From positions 224,001 through 288,000 of IMG/VR virus record IMGVR_UViG_3300037484_000435: a DNA stretch of 64,000 nucleotides. One strand, 5' to 3'. The position numbers and the translations under genes are program-made. Every line of letters begins with the position of its first letter. Positions within the stretch are counted from its first letter, which is position 1. Under the pieces are notes generated by a model. It saw only the letters and a list, made by a program, of their open reading frames with translations. It made no database searches and was not told the DNA's origin. This DNA comes from a virus (lineage: Duplodnaviria; Caudoviricetes). Shown here one piece after another: positions 13,701-23,600 of this stretch.

Positions 13701-14924
13701 TTTCGCTTCGCAACCGGGGTAAGAACAATTCCTCGGACTTAGGGGGCTCCACGCTTTCCAGTTAAACCACACTGGCTGACAGCCGTTTTCTTTATCTTCA
13801 GGTAAAACCCCGAAAGTGGGCAAGACATGGGTAGCTTTTAAAATATATATAACCCTTTTGTTGTTACCACACTCAGGAAGGGTCCAATCATAATTCCTTC
13901 CAAACATTGCGTTTAAAGTATAGGCGTCTTCATATGTTAATACCTTTTCTGTGCCATCTACCTTCTCAATCGCCATTCCCTTATAAAAGTAATCACCTAC
14001 CTCATAAGTATAATTAGCACGATCACTGCGACCGTCCTGTGTAATCGCAGGCATGTTATCAATGTTAGGTATAGCACCAGGAAATTTCTTTTTGATGGTC
14101 TCCATAGCCACAGCAAGGTCTACTACTTTAAAATCTGAGGGTTTATAAATGTAAGGCTCGGTCCCCACCCACCAACAGCATGTGGCCACCAAAGCCCTAG
14201 CATTAATCATCATTTGGTTGATAGTTAACTTAGGGTCAAACGCTAGTTTGTCACTTAAATTATCCGGTACATATTTAGGAATACCTCCAGCATAAGCAGG
14301 AGGAGTTCCAGCGGCGGGGTCCTTGTAGGTATTCCACACGTTATACACATTTTGAAACTCTTTAGTTTTATCTGGGTCATTCGGGTCAGGAACATATCCT
14401 GTGGCAAGATGACCTTGTACAGCCCCATCAAAGACAGATATGGCCAAACCACCCCGAGGGGTATAACAATTGCACATAGGAAATTCAACAAACTCTTCAC
14501 CAGCAATACCGTGTTTAGTGGCTTCCGCTGTGCTACTATTACAATACTTACAAACAAAAAAGTCCCTCCGGATAATAGAGTCTTCGGCGTAGCCCTCTAA
14601 AGCGTTAGCCCCAGAAACTCGGGCCTCGGCCTCTCCTGTTTGGGTACCACCCTGCACTCTAGTATTAGACGCCACCAGTTGGTAGTACATTGTCCAGCGC
14701 TTTATACCACAAAGATATATCCAATTCATCTCTCCGCTTGAGTTATCAGCGGAAACTTTAGTAATAAAAGCACATGTAGATGGTTTTATATTTTTATCGG
14801 AGTCAGTAAGATACCCAGTATCAACAAGTTCTTTATACCTATCCTCAGGTATGTTCTCCTTGTCGAACATAGATAATTTTGAAACAGAGGCACACTTGAT
14901 ACGATATTTAAGATTGGAAGGCAT
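4713..14924 (-). CDS. Giant 3403-aa protein of unknown function with Cys-rich Zn-ribbon-like motifs and two coiled-coil regions; probable virion protein
   Basis: Long ORF with SD AGGAGG 7 nt upstream of the ATG. Cys motifs: CKYC, CSYPGC...HVC...C and CPEC...CPLC. Heptad-rich segments lie at about 12000-12430 and 8480-9480. Confidence 0.85.
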   Translation of the reverse strand: MPSNLKYRIKCASVSKLSMFDKENIPEDRYKELVDTGYLTDSDKNIKPSTCAFITKVSADNSSGEMNWIYLCGIKRWTMYYQLVASNTRVQGGTQTGEAEARVSGANALEGYAEDSIIRRDFFVCKYCNSSTAEATKHGIAGEEFVEFPMCNCYTPRGGLAISVFDGAVQGHLATGYVPDPNDPDKTKEFQNVYNVWNTYKDPAAGTPPAYAGGIPKYVPDNLSDKLAFDPKLTINQMMINARALVATCCWWVGTEPYIYKPSDFKVVDLAVAMETIKKKFPGAIPNIDNMPAITQDGRSDRANYTYEVGDYFYKGMAIEKVDGTEKVLTYEDAYTLNAMFGRNYDWTLPECGNNKRVIYILKATHVLPTFGVLPEDKENGCQPVWFNWKAWSPLSPRNCSYPGCEAKYTWGHVCNGGGAFSLVDGRACPYYQNPLMGDKDTEKRYSKLQNMYPGDSVTAASMLEIMWMSKGGLPWTEEEWKSTWLNPYIWTTVPFNPVFKQTKYFTDENGTQVEGFWHHEYEVYSRKTVIDPKTGKIELKPMRKLPGGSVTAFKRKQDRTMEDGVQVPDIPSLIRKIELRPTGQIKIIWPCPDLADLNLAVTDTQKYQEKLINLKKKVYTKLIWNRAGLVTNVVGQAMRGQYQTGVYCINTAFLQGKSEKFDWTRYREELEALLINQEIAGTRAQEILHNLWRDVNKAQIAGNDPVLKNFTVLKTYLDYRGMFIFPSVPLSLLDDPNHIIVFGFSSAANIDADIVKVKPVFRHAWMYQKNTKLTTSWKAIWNGRPSVFLNERYLYDTISKPVDKGALEKGGTVIQLGGWYYSTATGDFVSEISALQDSIYGLEREIETLNTQLRRDNPRPSTEDITEMQKTLAQKQTQLSALREQLIKASESAYAESIKRMSTDSDKEELVKELDKKITIAKEEKSALENRRDRYVSLGETERAAALTTQIEDADKKIKSLEKKKSEALGEDIPDPPDVSNDQKISTTKYSYKDKKKYSKKGDTDTDEGGVVKEETAITTTTPLAKEDAVNRLYIPFLNSDRTEFRDIGKYNTIDRSNKNEDITLSIPNDSGVIKWDYLSVGQGESADIIPWKTFAPKALKKVVVYSTRESDKGGASTTDPTKPRGAKISKDSKLIKWYKSSACASTIIVVVDPKICNANTEFMIFSMEAMLQQQYKDADGNWQVKDKKIKFMPMNYSQITRPFPGYSTGKTAKYIGTTQEDGIEYNKVEVSEFVEVFDKEVTGRHPWVFFASPVEEKVNVKEWRFYNNEWYPQITAAIPITIPDKTEMDLYMEYAYIGEMYDENEAEAYDWEKSYSSDKQTRILISSPKAGIMRTVFKYTPSSDQTIDGFGYAPIGAHTVATIWPYARYACRDYEISYVWRDNYKGEELSTGNMKNRTMTNYAAGYAYNKTKGKDRQFTMADQGDHDLGTEFQPKLSYSTTTSRNVQGGTPRFHITRAEWSTNFEDKTAQYITNKNPTYGFPTDVDTIFSPPDNVGSLYYPYTRGETGTAYVPRHKTYTWDFLDRWRNKADEAKDLGGFRLQAYDWCVKGTDVVRIRQWSRHWFYDTKRETKFLGRSKTRGPVFQLEYREYFDLPTKTVFLKPYAATTSYAEDQCYCPECNRYFKRDKCASGGACPLCGIDKGTITKKSAWSADWTYLVDRVDSEPVTLQTGEEQLTEEELKAFVPDDPSTEKYEEWKERVTKLYTFWTNAKTESSLESLKREQARGKIKGWIVDYTAGLKFVNDEESQATSAEAQRVKELSQKSQVNMLTGCDKYGDKKRLDLGAFQLSDEYVPGSVTPYYGSDPASRGEFEYQELEARARAAEREAEKQDAEYKKLQRFQNIIRESPNATVTYSDGTQYGSAQRAQQSGGSTPGDVANIDEAYNNAIVDEETKKTEYDEAYADLKKYEDVLESLKAIQKAVQADATVTKPFTDGKIYANIGSISSIDVRVSQALADKDAAEAAAAGTVPPFSDPALNAAFDSATNTYNGYKSFQDSMALNPERVYRGFDDDKIYGKVDQLTDPSGAITEQEQKVTDQQTTVNNKKQAYEDAKAKRESLKRTKDSLYGQPNSTAVDPVTGETYGNKTEVQSIDDKVQEQEQKKAEAESKASEARSKVEQLNAKTARGQARNELNKKTEKAREKLEKQCMRYYEYQQTAFGYNYPWSPYDSPPLFGNMGRELFVVEICTIGGAISWLPREKPSVISTFPTIPSWWTSRDPDGTAREMVVMLSPPHECTRALVPLSSEPYNPFYNYLFTDAPFSEQAPSIQDPGVGERNIFSNPSTVKELRIVTEHNTRKYGQPSIRSDVGRFTLTVSDDSSMSAIYVTCDSPAVIDSQDLSQAGLTMKDPVESQRKQPDEDYPEPYIDGLTIKGFSVLAGDYMYVGQRYPGFTSPYEHGKFFVGYKTVQGFTPSWAWPSDVRDTLIRAKKTVRWYLDLLPPDTSSGTQVQEVKPKYLTDAVNDQGLWAIPTLQCAPYFQKTEDMDDGRDISGGPELDEDKTSSSKNEKEKTYKDTSFAIIVESERVDEDGTIRPPLMWIEKLDNADIQDIGAFKVPTKPDIMVHRVATTGSLVPVTLAKGDEDSKDEKGFPNYKTAFSTGKITDTLIQQWAPNANLITKSLQNESGLYPGFSTGIINHRTVGKVYLEKEIPVEWYKKIRLLKQKSIAGTNQHKVTGTFVLKNFFANLLFVEVTYDDWFKEQNVNDYFLNISDSLSVEVKVYGSPIPGGDTFPSKVPTFINAFPLKKSPTVDELTLTYNCDFGVTANMIVEFTWWIRTDPNNFNLGPWKAMPETKRTYAEQTGWTETPDESKYSYLNELVKTIKFGSLMPGKCAEVVTVKETKFGVSRGPDSDVKRLYNFFTESDSKLYKPNWEDFDKRTERKEGWWKQSGRLTTEDAGKAGVSEQWMVKAEEEMWKKLREAEEDTSTGGLYDAQGKKKSSALGKEPAAQIFPRVCAELPELPTSRLKINAWNALNWDSLPDTRDPYEWPQRDGDQGWAWGGIWTTRMAGPEWVTADQYPTRDMIWWPALPYEEGHIVMKGRYFKFGPQYKDESKVINEGKARGVDKDDKINEFAYKYEVRGFDTLLRTIQTVEQTTAEDRRSATNAREYGVNYAQNYNASNKGISVPGNDYASQMAQSAVDGILNSNATAKNYRVNDQRTWVFLDEINMKIDEVNWTQIKEREENQKKVWDEAKKLDDGLTSIKFTAIIPYHEWNEILDMTGYYLQLENKFVSRGLKPITARDLEGKKESGCSMEWKEWSWEEISSFSFRSEEKNKYPLNSSSGSDWKTILVRRCGSKWAHKDAEVDGGKIWSKWGEEWAKAMKRGRAAVKRGFPTIVSIDCKRKSDSPEGQNLEHFDDSGGTECKDLKQKWKPEDVLSWPRAVSSDGGSTLNRPDPWWRF

Positions 14925-14927
14925 GGA

Positions 14928-15260
14928 TTACCTCCTATCTTCATATGGACCGCTCATTTCCCCTGTGTGTTCGTTGACAGTATATTTAACTCTAACATTG
15001 AGGTCCGTATCCCAATAGCCTACGGAACGACTTTCGATTTGAGGACCACCCAAAAAGCCTCCCCCAACCCCACAGATGATAGACTCACTCTTTTGAGCAA
15101 AGTAATGTTGTTTATCAGGTATGACCCAGTGTCTATTTTCCCATACGATAGCCACAGCCTGAATATCATTTTGGTCTGGTAATTGACTGAACGGTTTTTG
15201 GAAATCCCACTCGGTAACTACTTTATCGTCTTTATATCTTACAACCCATCCTCTAGCCAT
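14928..15260 (-). CDS. Hypothetical protein (110 aa)
   Basis: The ORF fits the operon. SD GGAGG precedes the ATG, and its last codons (AGG AGG TAA) supply the SD for the next gene. Confidence 0.8.
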   Translation of the reverse strand: MARGWVVRYKDDKVVTEWDFQKPFSQLPDQNDIQAVAIVWENRHWVIPDKQHYFAQKSESIICGVGGGFLGGPQIESRSVGYWDTDLNVRVKYTVNEHTGEMSGPYEDRR

Positions 15261-15269
15261 AGGTTCCTC

Positions 15270-15914
15270 CTATTCTATTCGTATACCAGTTGATGCCAAC
15301 TTTTTGGTACAATTTAGCTCAATTAAATAGTCCAGTTCTTTCTGTAAACTTCTAAGCAGTTCTCCGTAAGGGTCTGATGTGTTAGAGACTGTTCGTCGGT
15401 AACTGGTATTTTTATCTGTAACTTCTTTAGAGGTGTATAATGAATCAATATTACTAACTCTAATAGAGGGAATTAAGTCGATCGCTGCTTTTAGTATTTC
15501 CATTTCTGGTGTTACACAATCAGGGTTATTTACATATGTACTTAAATCAACGCTCAGGTAAGCTGTCCAAATCTCATAATCAGAAAGCTTAAAAGATTCA
15601 ACCCAAAAGTCTATACCGGACGCAGACAGATTAGTAGAATCTTCAAACACCATATAGTGATAGTTTACAACATGGGGATTATAGATGCCTGAGCACACAG
15701 TACTTCCCACCTTTATATGATATGGCCAGAACCTTGCTTCCTCACTAAAAAAGGTAGCGGGGTCAGCGGGGACATACTCTGTGAAGTCCCCACCAACACC
15801 AACGTAATAACGTTTTAATTCAGCCTTATCGCCTATCTTGTCTCTCACAGCACTAATAATTAAATCATCACAACCATAAATGCTGCACTCTGAAGGATAA
15901 GTTCTATTCAGCAT
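15270..15914 (-). CDS. Putative head-tail adaptor/neck-like protein (214 aa)
   Basis: The pattern IISAVRDKIGD...SDYEIW...LKAAIDL...SYRR...YGELLRSLQKELDYLI resembles helical head-completion (SPP1 gp15-like) adaptors. This is by-eye similarity only. Confidence 0.45.
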   Translation of the reverse strand: MLNRTYPSECSIYGCDDLIISAVRDKIGDKAELKRYYVGVGGDFTEYVPADPATFFSEEARFWPYHIKVGSTVCSGIYNPHVVNYHYMVFEDSTNLSASGIDFWVESFKLSDYEIWTAYLSVDLSTYVNNPDCVTPEMEILKAAIDLIPSIRVSNIDSLYTSKEVTDKNTSYRRTVSNTSDPYGELLRSLQKELDYLIELNCTKKLASTGIRIE

Positions 15915-15923
15915 TGTAAATCC

Positions 15924-17555
15924 TTATTCGGTATAATCGTAATAACAACGGTAAATTACAGTTTTCTGTCCTGACTCATCAGCCCCTAGTTGGATAGCAT
16001 TAAATATGTAATCTGATATTAAGGCGTCGAATGGGTCAATTCCTATAGTCTTGGAATCATCCGCCGTAGAAACGACCGTCAAGTTTGAATCGATAGCATA
16101 CAAATAACTCGGTTTAGGAGTTACCAAATCTTGGGTAACTACTTGATTCCACCACTCAACATCATAATCAGTACTCGTGGCTTTCTGGCCGGGTCCCACT
16201 GTGCCCCATCTGAAAGCAGTATTAACACCGTCGTGATAACCCATACCTCCGTTATTAAGTAAGCTGAACTTTACGTTCGTTAATTCGGTGGCCCCACCGT
16301 AAAGGTCAAACCGCATACAGAAAACTCTCGATGAGGTTGTAACCGTAATGTTCCCTAAGTTAACAGATGTTACATCATATCTGTAGGGAATCGGTCCGGG
16401 CATTCTAATTCTGATTGTGTCACCAGGAGCCACATTGTAATCCTGATTAGCAGTCATAAAGATTCCTTTACGCCCTATTCGAAAATAATTACCGAAAGTA
16501 GCGGTAGACTGTTGAGTCCACTGTGTGTCGCCTTTTATTGAACTCCAAATAACTTTACGCATAGCAGAGCCCCACTGATAATCATAGCCCTCTGGAGTAA
16601 CAATACCGCTCGCAGAAATTTGCCATGAGTCGCCAGGATAAGAAAATGGTGCGTTGGAGAATTTAATCCAAAGGCCCTTATTTCCCAAAGGATAGGGATG
16701 ATTAGGATAAAGAAGTTCAATATAACCAGAATCAACACCAGACATAGTGGTATCTCCCCCAGTTCCATACCAAGTCATACGAGGAACGGCGTCTTTTACC
16801 CCATTCATATAAGAAGCAGAACCACTAACAGTTACTTGAATATGGTAAGTTGAACCTTCAGTATAATTATAAACACCACCTAAAGTTACTGTTCCAGGAT
16901 AGGTCCCGCTAGCATGTGTGGTTATTGAGGCAGTACCTTGGCCTTCGCCCGCGTCGGAGTTAACCGCAACAATTGTGTATTCGTCCCAAGACCCAGCAAA
17001 GGAAGTTCCACTGACAGTAATAGAGCCGCTCCAAGTATTAGTTGTTTTATTTCCAGCAGCAATTCCCCCACCATAGAGACGGTCGTTATCCGCTCCATAA
17101 GCAGTAACCCCGTGAGTAAAACCCAATTTACTAGCAGCACTATTGGCAGTATAATCCACAGCAATAGAGGCATTATGCCCGCAGATTCCACTTCGGATTT
17201 CAAAAGCATTATACCACCATAAGCAATACGCCTGTGTCCATATAGGATGGTTTACTGGGTACTCTCGGTGCATTTTATCAGTAATATCACGAGCGATAAC
17301 TCGTGGGTCTAGATTATTTCCACTTGCTAAGGTGAAAGTTTTGGATGTGGCTGTTGTGCCGTCATTCATTGTTATCATTAAATCAGCCTCAGATGATGTT
17401 AATGATATTGGAATGTTAGTAGGTGTGTCCCCTCTTAACGCAGCTGGGGTTCCACGTCCATACATATAATCATGTGTATGACCAGCATTAAGATATGAAG
17501 AGAGGCCGACACCACTAGAATTTGTGTACATTTCTATCCAGCGGGGTAATGCCAT
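15924..17555 (-). CDS. Virion structural protein (543 aa), Gly/Ser/Thr-rich, beta-rich
   Basis: ORF with SD GGAGG. It contains the ITMND...IARDIT...FEIRSG...ASKLGF module shared with two other genes here, and a beta-sandwich-like C-terminus. Confidence 0.7.
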   Translation of the reverse strand: MALPRWIEMYTNSSGVGLSSYLNAGHTHDYMYGRGTPAALRGDTPTNIPISLTSSEADLMITMNDGTTATSKTFTLASGNNLDPRVIARDITDKMHREYPVNHPIWTQAYCLWWYNAFEIRSGICGHNASIAVDYTANSAASKLGFTHGVTAYGADNDRLYGGGIAAGNKTTNTWSGSITVSGTSFAGSWDEYTIVAVNSDAGEGQGTASITTHASGTYPGTVTLGGVYNYTEGSTYHIQVTVSGSASYMNGVKDAVPRMTWYGTGGDTTMSGVDSGYIELLYPNHPYPLGNKGLWIKFSNAPFSYPGDSWQISASGIVTPEGYDYQWGSAMRKVIWSSIKGDTQWTQQSTATFGNYFRIGRKGIFMTANQDYNVAPGDTIRIRMPGPIPYRYDVTSVNLGNITVTTSSRVFCMRFDLYGGATELTNVKFSLLNNGGMGYHDGVNTAFRWGTVGPGQKATSTDYDVEWWNQVVTQDLVTPKPSYLYAIDSNLTVVSTADDSKTIGIDPFDALISDYIFNAIQLGADESGQKTVIYRCYYDYTE

Positions 17556-17584
17556 AGTTTTTGTCCTCCAAAGTAAAAAGGTCT

Positions 17585-17603
17585 CTGCTAGATATACTAG
17601 CAG
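17585..17603 (-). terminator. Hairpin (CTGCTAG-TATAT-CTAGCAG) followed by AGACCTTTTT; possible weak intrinsic terminator or processing site
   Basis: A perfect 7-bp inverted repeat directly after the stop of the 2539-aa gene, in one of only two sizeable intergenic gaps. The U-tract is offset by 5 nt. Confidence 0.35.
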
Positions 17604-17608
17604 GTTAG

Positions 17609-20600
17609 TTATTCAGGTTGATCCTCGGTTCTAAACGCCCACGTGTAGACTAACTCATTACCATCCAAGTCTTTGCAAGCCACTTCCACCTCGACGTCTT
17701 CACTATATTGCAGATACTGGCTCTGTGCCAATATTCCAACTTTTAAGTCTTCCTTAGGTATGGGCTTGGGTTTTATGTAGACTGGAAGGTCGCAAGTATA
17801 CCCAGGAGAAGACCAAAGCATATAAGACTTACTGCTTCGGGATGGTGCGAAATCATAGGTCTTCACACTAACAAAGATAGGAAACTTGGTGTTAAATTCA
17901 AATGGTGGTATTTGATTAGGAACCGCTTGGTGCCACCAGTTTAATTGCCACCCATAAAAAAGAATATATTCTTCACGGTTATAAACGTCACACGTAGGGT
18001 CATTATTGTGGGATTCCACAGTCAAGTGTACAGCCCTATTACCTATCCAATCCCAGTGGTTCCCTGGGTCCCAGTGCATCCTATGGAAATAAACATCTTC
18101 CCCAGAAGCTGTGACTCCAGTCCACGTCGTAAACCAAGCACCAGAACAAGTAAAGTTATTTACCCCATCTGTCCAAGTTATGGAGCATTCGTCCTCTACA
18201 ATATCAGTAACAGGATAATTCGAGTCAAACAGGTCTACCCAAAAATGGACACCCCTCGCCTCCATTTCATCCACACGCATAGAGTGACCAGTATGCATAA
18301 ACACATCATCGTAACGAATATTATCATTAGGTATAAAATCAAAATAATATTGCCCACTAAAAGTGTTGGGGAATTTATCATCAAATCGAGATAAGAAACC
18401 AATACTATCAGTACCTGTAATAGTAATGGTCATCCGACTTCCAAAGTAACCAATCTCCGTTGCTTCAGGAACATAGTAAGTAAACCTGCGGCCCCACGCT
18501 CCGCTCCCACTATACACGGTACCAGGCGGATATAATATCCTGTTGATACCCGCTGTGTAATCTATACCAGAAGCAGACAGCTGAATGTTTTCCCACTCTC
18601 CCGCAACTTTACCTAAATCGTCATACACCAAAGTTCCTCGGTCATCGAACCATTCGGTCATATTGTTACCACCTGACCATACGGTAATGTCATTCATCTT
18701 GATTAAGACTTCAGTCCACTTAACCCCAGAGTAATCATCTAATATTTCAAACTCAATACCTGAAGAGGGGCAAATTAATTGGTCATAAGGCAGCGGGGCT
18801 TTGGGTATAATAACCGGAGACTCTGTATCGAGCCCTACATCCACATTCACAGTAAGGTCATGTTGACCAACTACATTAAAGCTGATTATTTGGTCTAGCA
18901 TGTTAGAATAAATTAAGGTATTATTCCACGGGGCCTCTTTCTGGAAGAACATCGAATCCAAGGAACCAGAAAAGGTTGATCCACCTATGTATATACTGGT
19001 TCCAGTAGAAGTTGTTAATGGAGTAGAACCCGTAAAAACCGAGGAAAAAGACTTTGTACCATTCATATAAGTGGCTATCCAGCCATCTTTTTTAGTAATA
19101 CCTAAGTGGTTCCAACCAGCAGAAACATTAAAAGGACCACTCCTGCCAAGCAGCGTATCTCCTAGGGAAGCATTTAAATAGCTCCCTGAAAGTGATGTCA
19201 ATAAACCGAATCCCGAGGGCGGAACAAAAGATAATATGTTTCCGTCAATATACGGAGAATAGAGCCACGTATGAAATGTCCAATCACAGGTCGAGAGGTC
19301 TTGTGGCAAATTCTCTGTGAATAGTTGGCTTCCTTGGCTGAAGTTGATACTACCAGTACCATAATATTTATTTGCTGTAGATACCCTTAAACGATTAGCA
19401 TAAATATCTTGTAATTCCTCCACAAGTTCCATACTGACCACACCTATATAAATGCTATTATGGCTCGCAGTAATGTACCATCTGTAATAACGATAAGGCA
19501 TCGGGGGTGTAAAAGTGTACCATTCGCTCCAAGCCCCACCTGAAACATACACAGAACTAGAAACCGTATGCACCGTGGTCCACGTAGACCCGTCATTGCT
19601 ACCTTGAAATACCCAAGTTCTAGGCCAATCTGCATACTGAGTTCGGCTTTGTATTCGGTACTTATTAATATATTTGAAATTATTATACCCAAAATCTATG
19701 ACTGTGTAATAAGGAAAGCTGGTATTATTGTACCAAAGTGTCGTGCTGTTCTTATCGAATAGTTGCCAAGAGGGGTTACCCGCTAAATATACGTTTTCTG
19801 TTACCCTTACTCCCGATGTAGTAATGCCAGACATCGTAGGGACACAACTAACCGTTGAGCTGTTAAGGGACCCATTTTGCATCGATACAGCCCTACTAAA
19901 AACTCTATAAGCATGGGGAGATTCATCAAGAGTGTAATAACCGGACGCAGTTGCTCCTACGTTGCTGTCTATCAGAAGGCTTTCTGGACCAGATACAGGT
20001 ACATATAGAAGAACTCCAGAACTTAACGTATAAGATATTTTGAAACTCGGGGCGTCTTGAGCTTGAAATCTTAAATAGACTTGTTCTCCTGGTTGAAATC
20101 CTGATTTCAGGGCGTACTTAAACTGTGAAGTGTAGTCGGTTAATTTATCGTAATAAGCAATCCCAGAATTTTTCTCAGAGTTCAGGGCAGATACCCCATC
20201 ATAAAGCAACTCCCAAGTATCACCCCCGCTCGTCGTTGCTATACCACTAGGAGTATAATACCTAAAGTAATCAAAGTATGAATCTATCCAACCATCAATA
20301 TTCTTTACAGGAACCGCGGCATTGGTGCCTGACAGCACGGTCCCTTCTATATAGAAGTCGCGAAGCCCTAAGTCAGTAGGCATTGTATACAGACTATCTA
20401 CGTAACGATAGTACCGGTAATAATTAGGGCTAACTACATTAAAATAGAGAGTGTATGAATTTCCATACCGTGGTTGATACATTCGTGTGTCAACCGTTTC
20501 CCAAAAAATATAATCATCTGAGCCTTGCAACATAAAGTGAACAGGCCCCTGATACACATCGTTACTAAAACCATGTCCACCCGTCCAATACCCGTATCTT

Positions 20601-23600
20601 TGTATCCGCATTTTATTGCCCGAACCACAATCTATGCTAAACCACCCAGGATAGTCATTATAAAGGGCTTGAGGTGCTGCACTATTAAATCGATGAGGTA
20701 GATAATAACGAGAACCTGTATCAGAATCAAATAACCGAAAAACATTAGGGTCTATACTAGACCAAGGTGTATATGTAGTCCACGGAGACGGGGCCGCATT
20801 AGAGGTCATATAAGCTGGTTTTCGATTCCACACAGAGTCAAGGTCTAGCGTTTCCTGCAGAGTTATTAATCCAACGTTCACAATCCCTGTGGCTAGTGAA
20901 TTTCCGTGGTATCTATCCCCATCCCACTGCACTTTTCTTAATCTGGCAGATGTTCCCCAACTAAATATAGTATCAGTGCTGGTATAGTATGACAACATCG
21001 CCCCTTTCAGGGTAGTCAATCTGTAGTATTGGTAGGGTTGGGGGTTATCAATGTAAAAGTAAGTTCCAGCAGAACCAGAACCGGGGTCCAAGACCAATCC
21101 CCTATAGTCAATGGTATTCCACGTTTGGTCATCAATGCTAGCATCCAAACTTATTTGACAAGGGAATGACCGAACCATGTAATCCGAGTCCAGAGAAGCA
21201 ACTAGACGATAACGAGTCATAATTTCAGGCTGAGCAGATTTCCATTTTATCCAATGGCTAAGCCCGACCCCGCTTGCAGATTGCCAACCAGTCGATCCCA
21301 AATAGGATGCTTTCCAAGGTTCCCAGCTCGACTGATTGCTCGAAGATGTCCACGCATGACCACTAGTAGTTGTCCCAGACATGGTAATGTTTAGTTCCAC
21401 AGGAGTGCTTTGAATATTAACCCCAGACCAAGTAGTACCATCTAATGACCAGTAAGCCCTGTAATAAGGCATAGTTGGTTTTCGTTGTACCTTTAACCAA
21501 ACCCAATTTCCCTCAGTAAATCCGATTCCGCTGTAGGTAGTCTGGCTTAAAAAATCCAGCTTCGTATGGTCCCGCGCACAAATTCCAGAAGCATTAGCAA
21601 GAACCTGAATATATTGGGAACTATCACTTTGGTCAAATACTATCAGACCTGAACTTTGGGAGCTACGGGGCCCATTACCGAATATCTTGACTTTTGTGGA
21701 AATCTCCCAATCATCTTGTGTAATCCCGGGCCAGTACATTAGTGGGGCAGATTGTTGTGTGGAATCCCAAATGCCGCTTGACGTCGTTACCTGCAGTGTG
21801 TTTGTACCATCTACATTACAAGATGGATTACAGTGGAAAGAACCTATCCTCATGGTCTCAAGTGAGATATCTAGACCCGAAGTAGTTAAAGTTTGATGCA
21901 CCCCCGATAGAGTAGCAGAGAAGTCAAGGTCCACCGTACTAGTAAACCCCTTGTTAATCTTGAACGCAGAGCTATTGTTAAGATTTTTAATAGACCATTG
22001 AACTGGTATAGAGGGTGTGGTTGATGTTTTTAAATCAGCCTCATAAAAACTAAAATTGTCCATATATACATAGGAATTGTAACCCATATCCCGCCGTTTT
22101 ATCCACAGACGAGAATCACTACTTCTAAACAAGCTTCCATAATCACGTAAAGTGTAAATCAGAGCATTCGAAGCTGTCCAATCTAGGTCAGCATCTACCA
22201 TACGAGTATTATTCGCAGGGGACTCTGTGTATATCTGCGGGGATTGAAAATCGTAAGTTTGTTCTCGGAATTCCGCGGTTAACGTGTTGGTGGGTATCAA
22301 CAAATTATAGGATTCTAAAGACATTGTCCTAGGTATCTGTATTTCCCATAAATCAAATCTATTTGCCCCTAGGGCATATACCGAGATTTGTTCCATCACC
22401 AAGCATTGGCACCTACTATCCGTTCCAGTAGCGGCGGTCATACATCCAAAACAGCCCATTTGATTAGCCAGCCAACCACTGGAACACCTAGCAATATTCA
22501 CTACAACAGGGTTAATCTCCCACGCAACTACAGATAAATCTCTCTGTATTCGGTAACTTATGCTCTGGAATTTTATTTCTAGTGAGCTCGGGCTAGCACA
22601 TTGGTACTGCCCATAATAATAGAAGGCTAAGTCCTTCTGAATACTGCGGGAAGCGATAGAACCAGAAATACTAATCAGGTCCTCATAAACATTTACATTA
22701 GAAGACTTGTAACCTTCTGTACATAACCATTGTACTTGTGAAACCTTATTTATTAATTTTAGACTTTCTTCCGCCGTCAACCACCGTGACCAATGAGAGA
22801 CTTCATCCAAAACAAATGCCCCACTAGTCGTAGGCGGTAAACCGTTATCAAAATAACTAACACCACTGCTAGTTAAAAAAGTAGACCCGATAGTGTTACC
22901 AGACCCTACCGTTAAGCCCCTTTCTTGTTGTGCATTTACCCACCAACAGTAATCCCCGTTTGACTTAACCCCAGCTTGCAGGAGATACCAAGTATTGGAA
23001 TCCCAGTCATGCGTAGCCGTTCCATAAGCCAATCCGTCTCGTTTGGTCTCCAACCATATTCTCCCGTCGTCACGTGGGCCGACCGCACCAGACACACCAG
23101 TTTCATTATAGGAAACAACAAATCTACCAGGCTCCTCCAAGTCACCTAACTCTGGGGGCTTCTTACCTTTGGTGAAGGCAACATAGTCGAATTGTACTTC
23201 AGGAGAAGCCCCTAAGGTATTACGACTTTGTAAACCAAAAGCCATATTACTCCCCCACAAAGATACATCCACTTCATAGATGGTATCTTGCCAACCAGCA
23301 GTAGAGGGGTCCCAAAACTTAAACTTAATTAAGTTATCTTTTTTTAACATCCTAAGTTTGTAATCGGTTGCGGTGGTAGGACCAGTAATATCCTCACGAG
23401 CTGTATAGGAGAACGTGCTAGTTTGAACAAGAACATCAAGATTGCCGGGCTCATAAACAGAGGAGGCCAATTCTATCTCTCCTATCCAAACATAAGTATT
23501 AGAGGAAACAGCAGTAGTTTTTAATCTGTAATGGGTATAATTTCCCGGTGTATCTATATCAAACCAAGCCGTCCACGTCCCAGTTCCTGGGCGGGAAATA

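Noticed and set aside
4713-14924. Tape-measure protein
   Set aside because: Coiled coil covers only a minority of the protein. It lacks the Ala/Gly/Leu-rich periodic repeats and hydrophobic segments typical of tape measures.
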